Assembly: GCA_963704165.1 (NCBI GenBank)
Contig: CAVPHD010000003.1
Location: forward strand, 416,001-480,000
Reading direction: 5' to 3'
DNA: 64,000 nt
Source of the DNA: an uncultured delta proteobacterium
GTDB lineage: Bacteria; Myxococcota_A; UBA9160; SZUA-336
In this document: positions 10,053 through 22,232 of the stretch, piece after piece
How the letters are laid out: each line of letters begins with the position of its first letter
How positions within the stretch are numbered: the first letter of the stretch is position 1
Translations under genes and position numbers: made by a program
The notes under the pieces: generated by a model
The model's input: only the letters and a program-made list of their open reading frames with translations
What the model was told of the DNA's origin: nothing
Databases searched by the model: none

Positions 10053-10316
10053 ATGACGGAGAACCGACGCGCGTTCGAAGACGAGATCGAGACCCTGAAG
10101 ACGCTTCGCGACGAGCTTCGCGTGCAGCTCAATCTGGCGGGCAAGGATGCGCGCGATCGGTTCGCGGAGGCCGAGGCGAGCTGGCAGAAGCTCGAAGGCC
10201 GCATCGAGCACGCGGGAAAGGAGTCGCGCGATGCGCTGCGCGACGTCGGCGAAGCGGCCCGACTCCTGGTCGACGAGATCAAGGAGGCGTACCGCCACAT
10301 TCGCAAGCTACTCTGA
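10053..10316 (+). CDS. Small alpha-helical/coiled-coil hypothetical protein (87 aa)
   Basis: GAGGAG RBS; MTENRRAFEDEIETLKTLRDELRVQLNLAGKDARD..; amphipathic pattern. Confidence 0.8.
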   Translation: MTENRRAFEDEIETLKTLRDELRVQLNLAGKDARDRFAEAEASWQKLEGRIEHAGKESRDALRDVGEAARLLVDEIKEAYRHIRKLL

Positions 10317-10320
10317 TCGG

Positions 10321-11547
10321 GTGTCGCGGGGAAATCGCCGTCGCAATCGTCTGAGCTCCCCGCTCCGTCGCCACGGCCTGGTCCCGCGACCGGCGGCGAT
10401 CGCGGAGTTGATGCGCGACCGCAGCCTGCGCTTCACCGAGGGCAATCGGGTCGATCTGTACGCGACGGGACGCGAAGGCCTGGCGGCGATGCTCTCTGCG
10501 ATCGAGGGCGCTCGTAGGCGGGTCCATCTCGAGACCTACCTCCTTCGGGCCGATGCGACCGGCCGGAGCTTCCTCGACGCGCTCGAGAGCCGAGCCCGTG
10601 CCGGTGTCGAGGTGCGCGTGCTCTACGACGGCTTCGGCTCCTTCGGACTCGACGAGCGCGCGCTCGACCGGGTTCGAACGGCGGGGGGCGACGTGGTCGT
10701 GTTCAATCCGCTCGCGCGCATCTGGCCGCGCTTCGCGCCGCGCCGGCGCGATCACCGCAAGATCCTCGTCGTCGATGGTGCCGTCGCCTTCACCGGCGGG
10801 CTGAACATCGGCGACGAGTACGCGCTCGGGCTCTCGGGCGGCACGCGCGGATCCGTCTGGCGGGACGCGCACGTGCGTGTCGAGGGGCCGTGCGTTCGCG
10901 ATCTCGAGGCCGTGTTCCTCGAGAGCTGGTTTCGCGCCGACGGTCCCGCTCTCGCCTGGCACGCGCTGCTCGAGGGCGAGCGTCCGCGCGCGGGCGACGT
11001 GCGCTGTGCCGTGCTCTCGGACGGCCCCGCACACCGTCGGCGACGCATGCGCGAGCTGCTCGCCTCCGCGTTGCGCGAGGCGCAGCACGACGTGCGCCTC
11101 GTCTCGCCCTACTTCGCGCCCGGCCGGCGTTTGCTCGACCTCCTCGGCGAAACGAGCGCGCGCGGCGTTCGCATCGCCCTATTGCTCGCGGGCAACCACA
11201 CCGATCACCCCTCGGTTCGGCGCGCCGCGCACGCCGTGCTTCCGCGCCTGCTCGAATCCGGCGTGCAGGTTCACGAATTCGACGCGGGGATGATGCACGC
11301 GAAGCTCGCCTGCTTCGACGAGAGCTGGGCGATCGTGGGCAGCTCGAACCTCGACCGGCAGAGCTTCGAACACAGCTATGAGGTGAATCTGGTGCTCGAC
11401 GACCCGGGCATCGCAAAGCGGCTCCGCGACCAGATGGACGCCGACCTGTCCGAGGCACGCGTCGTGGACCTGGACTCACTCGCGCGCCGCGGGCTCCTCG
11501 AGCGGCTGCTCGATCGGCTCGCCTCGATCCTGCTTCGCTGGCTCTGA
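10321..11547 (+). CDS. clsB: Cardiolipin synthase B-like phospholipase D
   Basis: Two HKD motifs (HRKILVVD, HAKLACFD), TGGLNIGDEY, WRDAH, GSSNLD; start uncertain. Confidence 0.88.
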   Translation: MSRGNRRRNRLSSPLRRHGLVPRPAAIAELMRDRSLRFTEGNRVDLYATGREGLAAMLSAIEGARRRVHLETYLLRADATGRSFLDALESRARAGVEVRVLYDGFGSFGLDERALDRVRTAGGDVVVFNPLARIWPRFAPRRRDHRKILVVDGAVAFTGGLNIGDEYALGLSGGTRGSVWRDAHVRVEGPCVRDLEAVFLESWFRADGPALAWHALLEGERPRAGDVRCAVLSDGPAHRRRRMRELLASALREAQHDVRLVSPYFAPGRRLLDLLGETSARGVRIALLLAGNHTDHPSVRRAAHAVLPRLLESGVQVHEFDAGMMHAKLACFDESWAIVGSSNLDRQSFEHSYEVNLVLDDPGIAKRLRDQMDADLSEARVVDLDSLARRGLLERLLDRLASILLRWL

Positions 11548-11555
11548 GTGAGAGC

Positions 11556-11571
11556 GGGCGCGGTGTTTGCT
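11556..11571 (+). promoter_or_regulatory. Possible sigma54 promoter
   Basis: GGGCGCGGTGTTTGCT, GG-N10-GC with TTGC. Confidence 0.5.
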
Positions 11572-11614
11572 ATCGATCGAGGTGACCGGGAATCGACACG
11601 CACTGGAGGGATGG

Positions 11615-12061
11615 ATGAGATCGCGCATCATCGGGGCCGCAGTCGTCGCGCTTCTGTCACTCGCGTCGCAGCCGGCCGAGGCCGGTCCGCCGTCTGGAGA
11701 GGTCGCCGCGGCCTGCTCCCGAATCAGTCCGAGCATGCAGAGCGCGGTGCTCGAAGCAGTGATCTACGGCGGCGGACCGCTCGCCGTCGACGTCGCCGGC
11801 TGGATGTGCGGACGCGCCCGCTCGGGTCCGTTCGTGCGCATCATCATGCTTCGCTACCCGACGCGTGACGACCAGGGCCGGCCGACCGGTGGCGGCGAGC
11901 TCGTGCCGGTGGTCTTCGAGGACGGCCGACTCGTCGCGCACGGCTGGGCCTTGCTCGAGGACCAACCCGACCGCTACGGCGTCGTCCTTCCCACGCGAGC
12001 GGATCCCTGGCGGGCACCCGACGGCTGGGCGCTCTTGAAGGCCGAGCGCGAGCTGGCCTGA
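11615..12061 (+). CDS. Exported hypothetical protein (weak DUF3192-like C-terminal motif)
   Basis: GGAGG RBS, signal peptide ending AEA; ELVPVVFEDGRLVAHGW. Confidence 0.6.
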   Translation: MRSRIIGAAVVALLSLASQPAEAGPPSGEVAAACSRISPSMQSAVLEAVIYGGGPLAVDVAGWMCGRARSGPFVRIIMLRYPTRDDQGRPTGGGELVPVVFEDGRLVAHGWALLEDQPDRYGVVLPTRADPWRAPDGWALLKAERELA

Positions 12062-12070
12062 TCCGAGCGC

Positions 12071-12995
12071 CTAGCGAACCAGGCGGCGCCGGATCTCGGC
12101 GACCGCGTCGATCGAGCGCTCGTCGCTCTCGGCGATGCACATGACGTTGAACTCGCGGCAGCCCGCATCGACGTAGGGCGCGAGGAAGTCGGCGATCTCG
12201 GCCGCGCTTCCCGCAGGGCTGTAGCGCTCGAAGCGGGCGAACGGCGTGCGGTACATCTCCTCCATCGCCGACGCGAGACGCGCACGCGCAAGATCGCGGT
12301 CCGGATCGCAGGCGGTCCAGACCTGTAGACCGTGGCGCCACTCGACGTTCTTCCGACCGAATTCCGCGGCGACCGCGGCCGTCTCGCCGCACCACCTCGG
12401 CGTAGCGCTTCGGCGAGCACCACACGCCCAGCCAGCCGTCGCCGAATCGCCCGGCGCGGCGCACGGCCGCGCTCGAACGCCCGCCGATCGTGATCGGCAC
12501 CCGCGGCCTCGGCGCAGGCCGAATCCACGCGTCGTCGATGGAGAAGAACTCGCCCCGGTGAGTCACTCGCGCTCGCCCGCGAGCAGCGGAAGCAGCACCT
12601 CGAGCGACTCGTCGGTGCGCCGGCCGCGCGTCGCCGGATCGACGCCGCAGATCTCGATCTCGTGCCGGTCTTCGCCACCGATGCCGACGCCGAAGCTGAG
12701 CCGGCCCGGGGCCGCCTCGCACAGGCTCGCGATCTGGCGCGCAACGGGTACCGGGTGCCGCAGCGCCAAGCAGGTACACCCCGACGTAGACCCGAAGCTG
12801 CGGGTGCGAGGCGAGTAGCGTGGCGGCGTTCACGAGTCCGTCCATGCCGCGCCCGTCGAAGAAGCTCACGTGGTCGGCGAGAAACAAGTGGTCGAGGCCC
12901 GCGTCGGCCGCGCGGGCGAGCAGCGCCTGCCTCTCGGCCACGGCGCTCCCGAGCATGTGCGGGCTGCCGAGCGTGCCGACGCGGAGCTCCGACAT
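12071..12995 (-). CDS. LLM-class flavin-dependent oxidoreductase, split by 3 frameshifts (~12768, ~12567, ~12392)
   Basis: LFLADHVSF / ALRHPVPVARQIASL..GRLSFGVGIGGE..RGRRTDESL / IGGRSSAAVRRAGRFGDGW stitched across frames. Confidence 0.85.
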
Positions 12996-13171
12996 GCTGA
13001 CTCTCCTTCCCCGGCGTGGCTGGCCGGCAATCTACACGAACTCGCGTTCTTCGGGCCGAGGCGGCGGCAAGCGCCACGCAAGGCGCCGGCAGCATCGTCC
13101 GGGAGATTTCCTCGACTCCGACGAACTTCCACTCGAGACCCCGCGAGACGATCGTTCTGCGAGTCTCGGGC

Positions 13172-13187
13172 AGGTACGCGCGTTGCA
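13172..13187 (+). promoter_or_regulatory. Sigma54 promoter upstream of PEP-CTERM gene
   Basis: AGGTACGCGCGTTGCA, GG-N10-GC. Confidence 0.65.
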
Positions 13188-13219
13188 CGAGCTCCGCCCA
13201 CCTGAAACAGGAGCGGCAC

Positions 13220-13924
13220 ATGCGGATGGTCACGTGGGTGAGGAATCTCGGGCTCGGCTGCGCGGTCGCCGGAATCGTCGGTCTTGCGACGGCCGATGCC
13301 GACGCGGCTTCGATGACCGTGAATGGCTGGACGCTCGGCGAGCGGATCAACGTGCAGAGCGCGAGCCGCACGGGCTGGGTGAACACCGCCGAGCTCGACG
13401 TCATCTACGACGGACGTGGCGGTTTCAGCTACTGCGTCGACCTCGCGCAGAACATCGGCGCGGGGACTTCGAGCGGCTGGGTCACGCGTTCGGCCGATCT
13501 GGATCCGGGCGTGCTTCGCGCCGCCTGGTTGATCGAGTTCGCGCGGCCGCAGTTCGACGCGATCCTCGCGCCCGATTCCGATGCGCAGGCGTGGGGCGTG
13601 ACGCGATCGATCGCGATCGCCGGTCTGCAGGCCGCGATCTGGGAGGTGCTCGCAGACGCCCCCGGTTCGTACGATCTCGAGAGCGGCGGGTTCTCGATTC
13701 GCGCCGGCGGCGCGAGCACGGGCGTGCTGAACCTCGCACGTGGCTTCCTCGCCGATCTCGAGTCACGGGGACTGGACGAATTCGAGACCCGGGCGACCTG
13801 GGCGTATCACGCGAGCCGCCAGGACCAGCTCGTATCGGCTCCGATTCCCGAACCGAGCTCGCTCGCCCTGTTCATCGTGGGCGGAGGGTTGGTGAGCTTC
13901 GCCGCCGCGCGAAAGCGCGCGTAG
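13220..13924 (+). CDS. PEP-CTERM sorting-domain surface protein
   Basis: Signal peptide; SYCVDL and GLQAAIWE motifs; C-terminal IPEPSSLALF + TM + RKRA. Confidence 0.9.
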   Translation: MRMVTWVRNLGLGCAVAGIVGLATADADAASMTVNGWTLGERINVQSASRTGWVNTAELDVIYDGRGGFSYCVDLAQNIGAGTSSGWVTRSADLDPGVLRAAWLIEFARPQFDAILAPDSDAQAWGVTRSIAIAGLQAAIWEVLADAPGSYDLESGGFSIRAGGASTGVLNLARGFLADLESRGLDEFETRATWAYHASRQDQLVSAPIPEPSSLALFIVGGGLVSFAAARKRA

Positions 13925-13928
13925 CCGG

Positions 13929-14576
13929 CTACCCACGCGCGTTCTCGCGCCCGCGAACGACGCGCTCCTCCGGTGCGCGCGAGTTCCGCCCGGGCGTTCG
14001 GGCCCTCAGCGTGAAGCCGAATCGGCCCTCGAAGGTCTCCACGAGCTCGAAGCCTGCCGACACCAAGAGCCGCGTCGCGTCCTGCTGCGACAGCGCATCG
14101 GGATCGCCGATGGTCTCGGTGATCGAGAGCAGCCCGCCGGGACGCAGCACGCGGTGCAGTGACGCAACGCAGCTCGCGGGCTCCGGAACCTCTCCGAGCA
14201 CGGCGACGAGAAACGCGACGTCGAAGACGCCGCTGCGAAACGGAAGCCGCGAACCGTCTCCCTGCACGAAGCTCGCGTTCGCGGTGCCGGCACGTGCGAG
14301 CCTGCTTCTCGCTTTGCCGAGCATCTCGCGCTGCAGGTCGTAGAGGACGAGGGCTCCCTCCGGGATCGCGCGCGCGACTTCGACGCTGAAGTAGCCGGGT
14401 CCCGGGCCGAGCTCGAGCACGCGGAAATCCCGCCGCAGATCGAGTCGTCGGACGAACTCGCGCTTGGGCTGAATCAGCCGGCGCAGCGGGTTCAGGAGCA
14501 GAAAGGCCAGCTCGTGCGGATACGCGCCGCGCCCGGAGAAGCGGCGCCAGACATCCCGCCAGCGAGACATCGTCAT
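13929..14576 (-). CDS. Class I SAM-dependent methyltransferase
   Basis: VLELGPGPG, GDGSRLPF..FD, RVLRPGG. Confidence 0.9.
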   Translation of the reverse strand: MTMSRWRDVWRRFSGRGAYPHELAFLLLNPLRRLIQPKREFVRRLDLRRDFRVLELGPGPGYFSVEVARAIPEGALVLYDLQREMLGKARSRLARAGTANASFVQGDGSRLPFRSGVFDVAFLVAVLGEVPEPASCVASLHRVLRPGGLLSITETIGDPDALSQQDATRLLVSAGFELVETFEGRFGFTLRARTPGRNSRAPEERVVRGRENARG

Positions 14577-14638
14577 TCGGTTCACTCTAGCCGTATGCGC
14601 CGCACGTCGGTACACACAGGTTCGTGAATGCGTATGAC

Positions 14639-17374
<2,736 letters not shown>

Positions 17375-17378
<4 letters not shown>

Positions 17379-18370
17379 TGTACGTGCTCGGATTTCTGCT
17401 GAGTGGGCTCGTGGTGGTGCTCGCGGGCACCGCACTCGTACGCTACGCGGACGCGATCGCCGAGAGGACGGGGCTCGGCCGCTTGTGGATCGGGTCGGTG
17501 CTCCTCGCGGCGGCGACGTCGTTGCCCGAGCTGACGACGGACGTCGTCGCGGTGCGGATCGGCGCAACCGACCTTGCGGTGGGAGACCTGCTCGGCTCGA
17601 GCCTGGCCAACATGCTCATCCTCGCCGTGATCGATCAACTGCCTCCGCGGCGCAGCGTGTTGCGACAGGTGGCGCTCGACCACGCGCTCGCCGCGAGTCT
17701 GGCGATCGCGCTCAACGCGCTTGCGGCGGTGCTGATTCTCTTTCGTCCCCAGGCCACGTTTCTGTCGATGTCGCCCGGCTCGATCCTGCTCTTTCTCGGC
17801 TACGTGGCCGGGACCCGCGCGCTCTATCGTCAGACCCTGCGTGAAGGACCGGTGGCGACACCGGTTCATGTCGCCGCGCACGCGGAACCGCCGCCTCTGA
17901 CCGTTGCGCTGCGCAGGTTCGCGCTGGCGGCGCTGCTCGTTCTGCTGGCGGCGCCCGCGTTCGCCTGGTCGGCGCGAGGCGTCGCCGAGATCAGCGGCCT
18001 CGGAAACACGTTCGTCGGCACGGCTCTCCTCGGTCTCGCGACCTCGCTTCCCGAGCTCGTGGCTTGCCTCGCCGCGGTCCGAATGGGAGCCTTCGATCTC
18101 GCGGTCGGCAACCTGTTCGGCTCCAACGCGATCAACATGGCGATCTTCCTGCCGCTCGATCTCGCGCAACCCGGGAGCTTGTTCGCCGCTCTCGATCCGG
18201 GCCACGCGCTCTCGGGTCTCTTCGCCGTGGTGCTCATGAGCCTCGGCCTCGCAGCGATCGTCTATCGGGCGAAGCGCCGCTTCGCGATGCTCGAGCCCGA
18301 CAGTCTGCTCATGGTCGTCGTCTATGGCTGCGCGTTGTGGCTGCTCTTCCGGCACTCGGCTGGATCGTAG
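17375..18370 (+). CDS. Sodium/calcium exchanger (CaCA family)
   Basis: Two alpha repeats ATSLPEL..AVG(D/N)L.GS; ATGA overlap with ATPase stop. Confidence 0.9.
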
Positions 18371-18382
18371 GGGGGAGTCCCG

Positions 18383-19195
18383 GTGAACCAGTCCGCGAGC
18401 GGATCGACGAGGCGAGCCGACGCGTATTCGCCGTCCGAGATCGCAACTCGAGTTCGCGACGTCGGCGTGGAGAAGCTGCGGCGGGATGCGAGCGGCATGT
18501 TCGCGCTCGCGGTGCTCGCGGGAGCGTTCATCGGCCTGGGTGCGCTGCTCTACACCGTCGCGATCACCGGCAGCACGCTCGGCTTCGGTGCGACGCGATT
18601 CCTCGGTGGCATCGGATTCAGCCTCGGCCTGATCCTCGTCGTCGTCGCGGGCGCAGAGCTCTTCACGGGAAACAATCTCGTCGCGATGGCGTGGGCGTCG
18701 AAGCTCGTGACGTTTCGCGAGGTGCTGCGCGGTTGGGCGATCGTCTATGTCGGGAATCTGGTCGGCGCGCTCGCGACCGTGGTGCTGGTCGTCCTCGGTC
18801 GCGTCCACGAGTTCGGCGGCGGCGCCGTCGGCGAGACGGTCGGCCGGATCGCCTCGCACAAGCTCTCCCTCGACACCGTACAGGCGTTCGCGCTCGGCGT
18901 GCTGTGCAACGCCTTGGTCTGCCTGGCGATCTGGATGGCGCTGGCCGCGCGAAGCGTGACCGACAAGGTCCTCGTGATCGTGTTTCCGATCACGGGGTTC
19001 GTCGCGATCGGCTTCGAGCACAGCGTCGCGAACATGTTCCTGCTGCCATGGGCGCTCGCGATCGAGGGCTTCGATCCGAGCGCGTGCGTCGCCGCGATCT
19101 CGAACATCGCCGTCGTCACGCTCGGAAACCTCGTGGGCGGAACGCTGCTCGTCGCGGGCGTCTACTGGACGATCTACCTGCGACGTCCGGGCTAG
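18383..19195 (+). CDS. Formate/nitrite transporter (FNT) channel
   Basis: LAGAFIGLG, GAELFTGN, GVLCNALVCLA, GFEHSVANM, VTLGNLVGG. Confidence 0.95.
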   Translation: MNQSASGSTRRADAYSPSEIATRVRDVGVEKLRRDASGMFALAVLAGAFIGLGALLYTVAITGSTLGFGATRFLGGIGFSLGLILVVVAGAELFTGNNLVAMAWASKLVTFREVLRGWAIVYVGNLVGALATVVLVVLGRVHEFGGGAVGETVGRIASHKLSLDTVQAFALGVLCNALVCLAIWMALAARSVTDKVLVIVFPITGFVAIGFEHSVANMFLLPWALAIEGFDPSACVAAISNIAVVTLGNLVGGTLLVAGVYWTIYLRRPG

Positions 19196-19208
19196 CTCGG
19201 ACCGGACC

Positions 19209-19622
19209 TCACTTCTGCTGGATCGACTTCAGGTACACGACGAGCGCGTTGATCTTGTCACGCGTCTCCTGCTCCATCGTGCCGCCTGCAGAGGCGACGT
19301 CCATGCCGAACTCCTTTCCCCAGAGCGGCATGTTGAGCGGACCGTGCGCGCGCAGGCGGCGGCGTCCGTCGATGATCTCGCGGATCTCCGGCTCGGGGAA
19401 CACGCCCTTCCTGCGCGCGGAGATCGTCGTCAGATCCGAGGGCGCGACCTTCAGGTCTTCCGCGAGCACGCCATCGCCCTGACCCTTCATCCCGTGGCAG
19501 TCCAGGCAGAACTGCTCGTACAGGTTGTGACCCCGCTGCGCCGTCGGCGACTCCTGCGCGCTGGCTGCAAACGCCAGTCCGAGGACCGCGGCTCCGACGA
19601 TCAGGCTCGCACTTGCTCTCAC
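19209..19622 (-). CDS. Periplasmic monoheme c-type cytochrome
   Basis: Signal peptide, CLDCH, distal HG..NMPLWG; GGAGG RBS. Confidence 0.9.
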   Translation of the reverse strand: MRASASLIVGAAVLGLAFAASAQESPTAQRGHNLYEQFCLDCHGMKGQGDGVLAEDLKVAPSDLTTISARRKGVFPEPEIREIIDGRRRLRAHGPLNMPLWGKEFGMDVASAGGTMEQETRDKINALVVYLKSIQQK

Positions 19623-19628
19623 GATGTC

Positions 19629-22232
19629 TCACCTCCGAGGTTGTTCCGTTTCGAATACGAGTCGCACCGAGGTTACCTTGTATTCGGGACAGTGGGAAAG
19701 CGGATCGTGCCACGGACCCGTGACGCGGTTCGTGTGCGTCTCGGGGTAGTGGAACGAGAGGAAGAGCGTGCCGGGACGGACTCGCGTCGAGATTCGCACA
19801 CGCGCGTGCAGCTTCCCCCAGCGGCTCTCGAGACCGATCCGATCGCCATCGTCGATGCGCTCTCGGGTCGCGTCGTCGGGGTGGATCTCGAGCTCGTCCT
19901 CGGGCGCGAGCTCGGCGTTCGGAGTTCGCCGCGTCATCGTCCCGACGTTGTACTGCTGCAGGACACGCCCGGTGTTGAGCACGTACGGGTAGCCTTCGAC
20001 GCAGTCCTCGGGACTGGGCACGTATTCGACCGGGGTCAGCGCCGCGTACCCGCGCGCGAAGCCATTCACGTGGACGCGGGTCGAGCCCGGATGCCCCGGC
20101 TCGGGACACGGCCACTGCAACCCGTCGGGCTCGAGGCGTGCGTACGAGACGCCGCCCCAGAGCTTCGGCGCTGCGCGCGCGATCTCGTCCATGACGTCGG
20201 CCGGTGTCGGATAGGACCAACCGCAACCGAGCGCGTTCGCCACGTCGATGACCACCTTCCAGTCGGGCCGCGCATCGCCGGGAGGTGACGCCGCAGCGCG
20301 CACGCGCTGGATACGGCGCTCGGCGTTGGTGAACGTGCCCTCCTGCTCGAAGACGCTCGCGGCCGGTAGCACGAGGTGCGCGAAGGCCTGGGTCTCCGAG
20401 GGGAAGAGCTCCTGGATCACGAGGAAGTCGAGCCGCGCGAGCGCCGCCTCGACGTGGTGCTGGTTCGGATCGCTCTGCGCGATGTCCTCACCCTGGATCC
20501 ACATGCCGCGCAGCGCGCCCGAGCGCGCCGCGTCGAGCATCTCCGGGATCGTCTTTCCGGGCTTCGCTGGCGGCAGCGCGCCCCACAGGGCCTCGAGGTT
20601 CTCCCGCACCGCCGGATCGTCGAGGGGTTGATAGCCGGTGAATCGGTCGGGCATGCCCCCCATGTCGGCGTTGCCCTGCACGTTGTTCTGACCGCGGAGC
20701 GGCATGAGCCCGGCGCCGGGTCGGCCGACGCTTCCCGTGAGCAGCGCCAGGTTGCAGAGCGCGAGCACCGAACCCGTTCCCTGGGTGAGCTCGGAGGTGC
20801 CGAGTCCCGAGACGAAGAGCGTCGGTCCGGCGTCTTCGAGCTCCCGCGCGACGGCCAGGATCTCGTGCTCGGGAACGGCGCAGAGCGCTGCGGCATCGGC
20901 GACGCGGGTGCGCTGCACCTGCTCGACGAGCTCCGCGAATCCGCGTGTGCGTTCGGCGAGGTACGCGCGGTCGATCCGGCCGCGTGAGATCAGGATCTGC
21001 GCGAGCGCGTTCAGAAGCGGCACGTTCGTGCCCGGGCGAAGCTGGACGAAGACGTCGGCGATCGCCGCGAGGTCGGTTCGGCGCGGGTCGAAGACGACCA
21101 GGCGCGCTCCGCGCCGTACGGCCTGCAGGATCCGCGCTCCGATCACGGGATGCGCCTCGGTCGGGTTCGCGCCGATCACGACGATCAGCCTCGCGAGTTC
21201 GATGTCGTCGTAGCAGGCGCTCGAAGCGCCCGTGCCGGTGGCGAGACCGAGCGCGTGCGCCGTCGATGCGTGGCAGACGCGCGCGCAGCAATCGACGTTG
21301 TTGGTCCGGAACCGGCTGCGGAAGAGCTTCTGCAGCAGGTAGGCGGCCTCGTTCGTCGAGCGCGACGACGTCAGCACCGCGAGCGAATCGGCGCCGTGCG
21401 CGAGGTGGATCTCGTCGAGCCGACGCGCGGCGAACGCGATCGCTTCGTCCCAACGGACGGGCACGAGCTTGCCGTCCTTGCGCAGGAGCGGCTGCGTGAG
21501 GCGGTCGGGGCTCTCCCTCCAGCCGTGCGCGTATCGACCCTTCGCGCAGAGGTGCCCGCGATTGACCGCCGCGTTCGCGACACCTCGGATGCGGCGCAAA
21601 GTGGTCGCGTCCGACTCGATCTCGACCTGACAGCCGACGCCGCAGTACCCGCACGTCGAGCGCGTGGTCCGCAGCTCGCCTTCCGGCGACGCCCGCTCGC
21701 CATCGACGTCCTCGAGCGCGCCGGTCGGGCAGACCTCGACGCAGGCGCCGCAGGACGTGCACGGACTCGTCGCGAAGCGATCCTCGCTTCCGAAGATCAG
21801 CCGGGTCTGGCTCCCGCGCCCGGCGACGTCGAAGACGAACTGGCCCTGCACGTCCTCGCAGACGTGCAGGCACTTCCGGCAGATCACGCAGCGCTGCGGG
21901 TCGAAGCGCAGGTACGGGTGACGGACCTCGCGCGGGCCGCTCGGCCGTCCCACATCGGCGAGCGCGCGGACGCTCGAGCGCAGCGCCTCGAGCGCTGGTG
22001 TCGACGTGCGCACGTCCATGCCGTCACGAACGGGTGTATGGCAGGCGGCGAGCGGCCTTCGCGCGCCTTCGACCTCGACGAGGCAGACGCGGCAGCCGCC
22101 GTCGGGCGGGTGACCGGGAATGTGGCAGACGGTCGGAATCTCGATGCCGAGCCGCGCGGCCGCGTCGAGCAGCGTCTCTCCCGGGACGAGTTCGAGCTCG
22201 CGTCCATCGATGCGTGCGCGCCCCCCGCTCAT
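19629..22232 (-). CDS. fdhF: Formate dehydrogenase alpha subunit (Mo/W-bisPGD, Cys ligand), cytoplasmic
   Basis: N-terminal 2Fe-2S (IPTVCH..CRVCLVE), 2x4Fe-4S (CVICRKC, CTSCGACVEVCP), CGYCGVGC..LCAKG, DCCARVCH, LRGQNNVQG; start 22232. Confidence 0.93.
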   Translation of the reverse strand: MSGGRARIDGRELELVPGETLLDAAARLGIEIPTVCHIPGHPPDGGCRVCLVEVEGARRPLAACHTPVRDGMDVRTSTPALEALRSSVRALADVGRPSGPREVRHPYLRFDPQRCVICRKCLHVCEDVQGQFVFDVAGRGSQTRLIFGSEDRFATSPCTSCGACVEVCPTGALEDVDGERASPEGELRTTRSTCGYCGVGCQVEIESDATTLRRIRGVANAAVNRGHLCAKGRYAHGWRESPDRLTQPLLRKDGKLVPVRWDEAIAFAARRLDEIHLAHGADSLAVLTSSRSTNEAAYLLQKLFRSRFRTNNVDCCARVCHASTAHALGLATGTGASSACYDDIELARLIVVIGANPTEAHPVIGARILQAVRRGARLVVFDPRRTDLAAIADVFVQLRPGTNVPLLNALAQILISRGRIDRAYLAERTRGFAELVEQVQRTRVADAAALCAVPEHEILAVARELEDAGPTLFVSGLGTSELTQGTGSVLALCNLALLTGSVGRPGAGLMPLRGQNNVQGNADMGGMPDRFTGYQPLDDPAVRENLEALWGALPPAKPGKTIPEMLDAARSGALRGMWIQGEDIAQSDPNQHHVEAALARLDFLVIQELFPSETQAFAHLVLPAASVFEQEGTFTNAERRIQRVRAAASPPGDARPDWKVVIDVANALGCGWSYPTPADVMDEIARAAPKLWGGVSYARLEPDGLQWPCPEPGHPGSTRVHVNGFARGYAALTPVEYVPSPEDCVEGYPYVLNTGRVLQQYNVGTMTRRTPNAELAPEDELEIHPDDATRERIDDGDRIGLESRWGKLHARVRISTRVRPGTLFLSFHYPETHTNRVTGPWHDPLSHCPEYKVTSVRLVFETEQPRR

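Noticed and set aside
21265..21300. Selenocysteine in the FDH active site
   Set aside because: The frame is open with Cys codons (DCCARVCH) and no UGA
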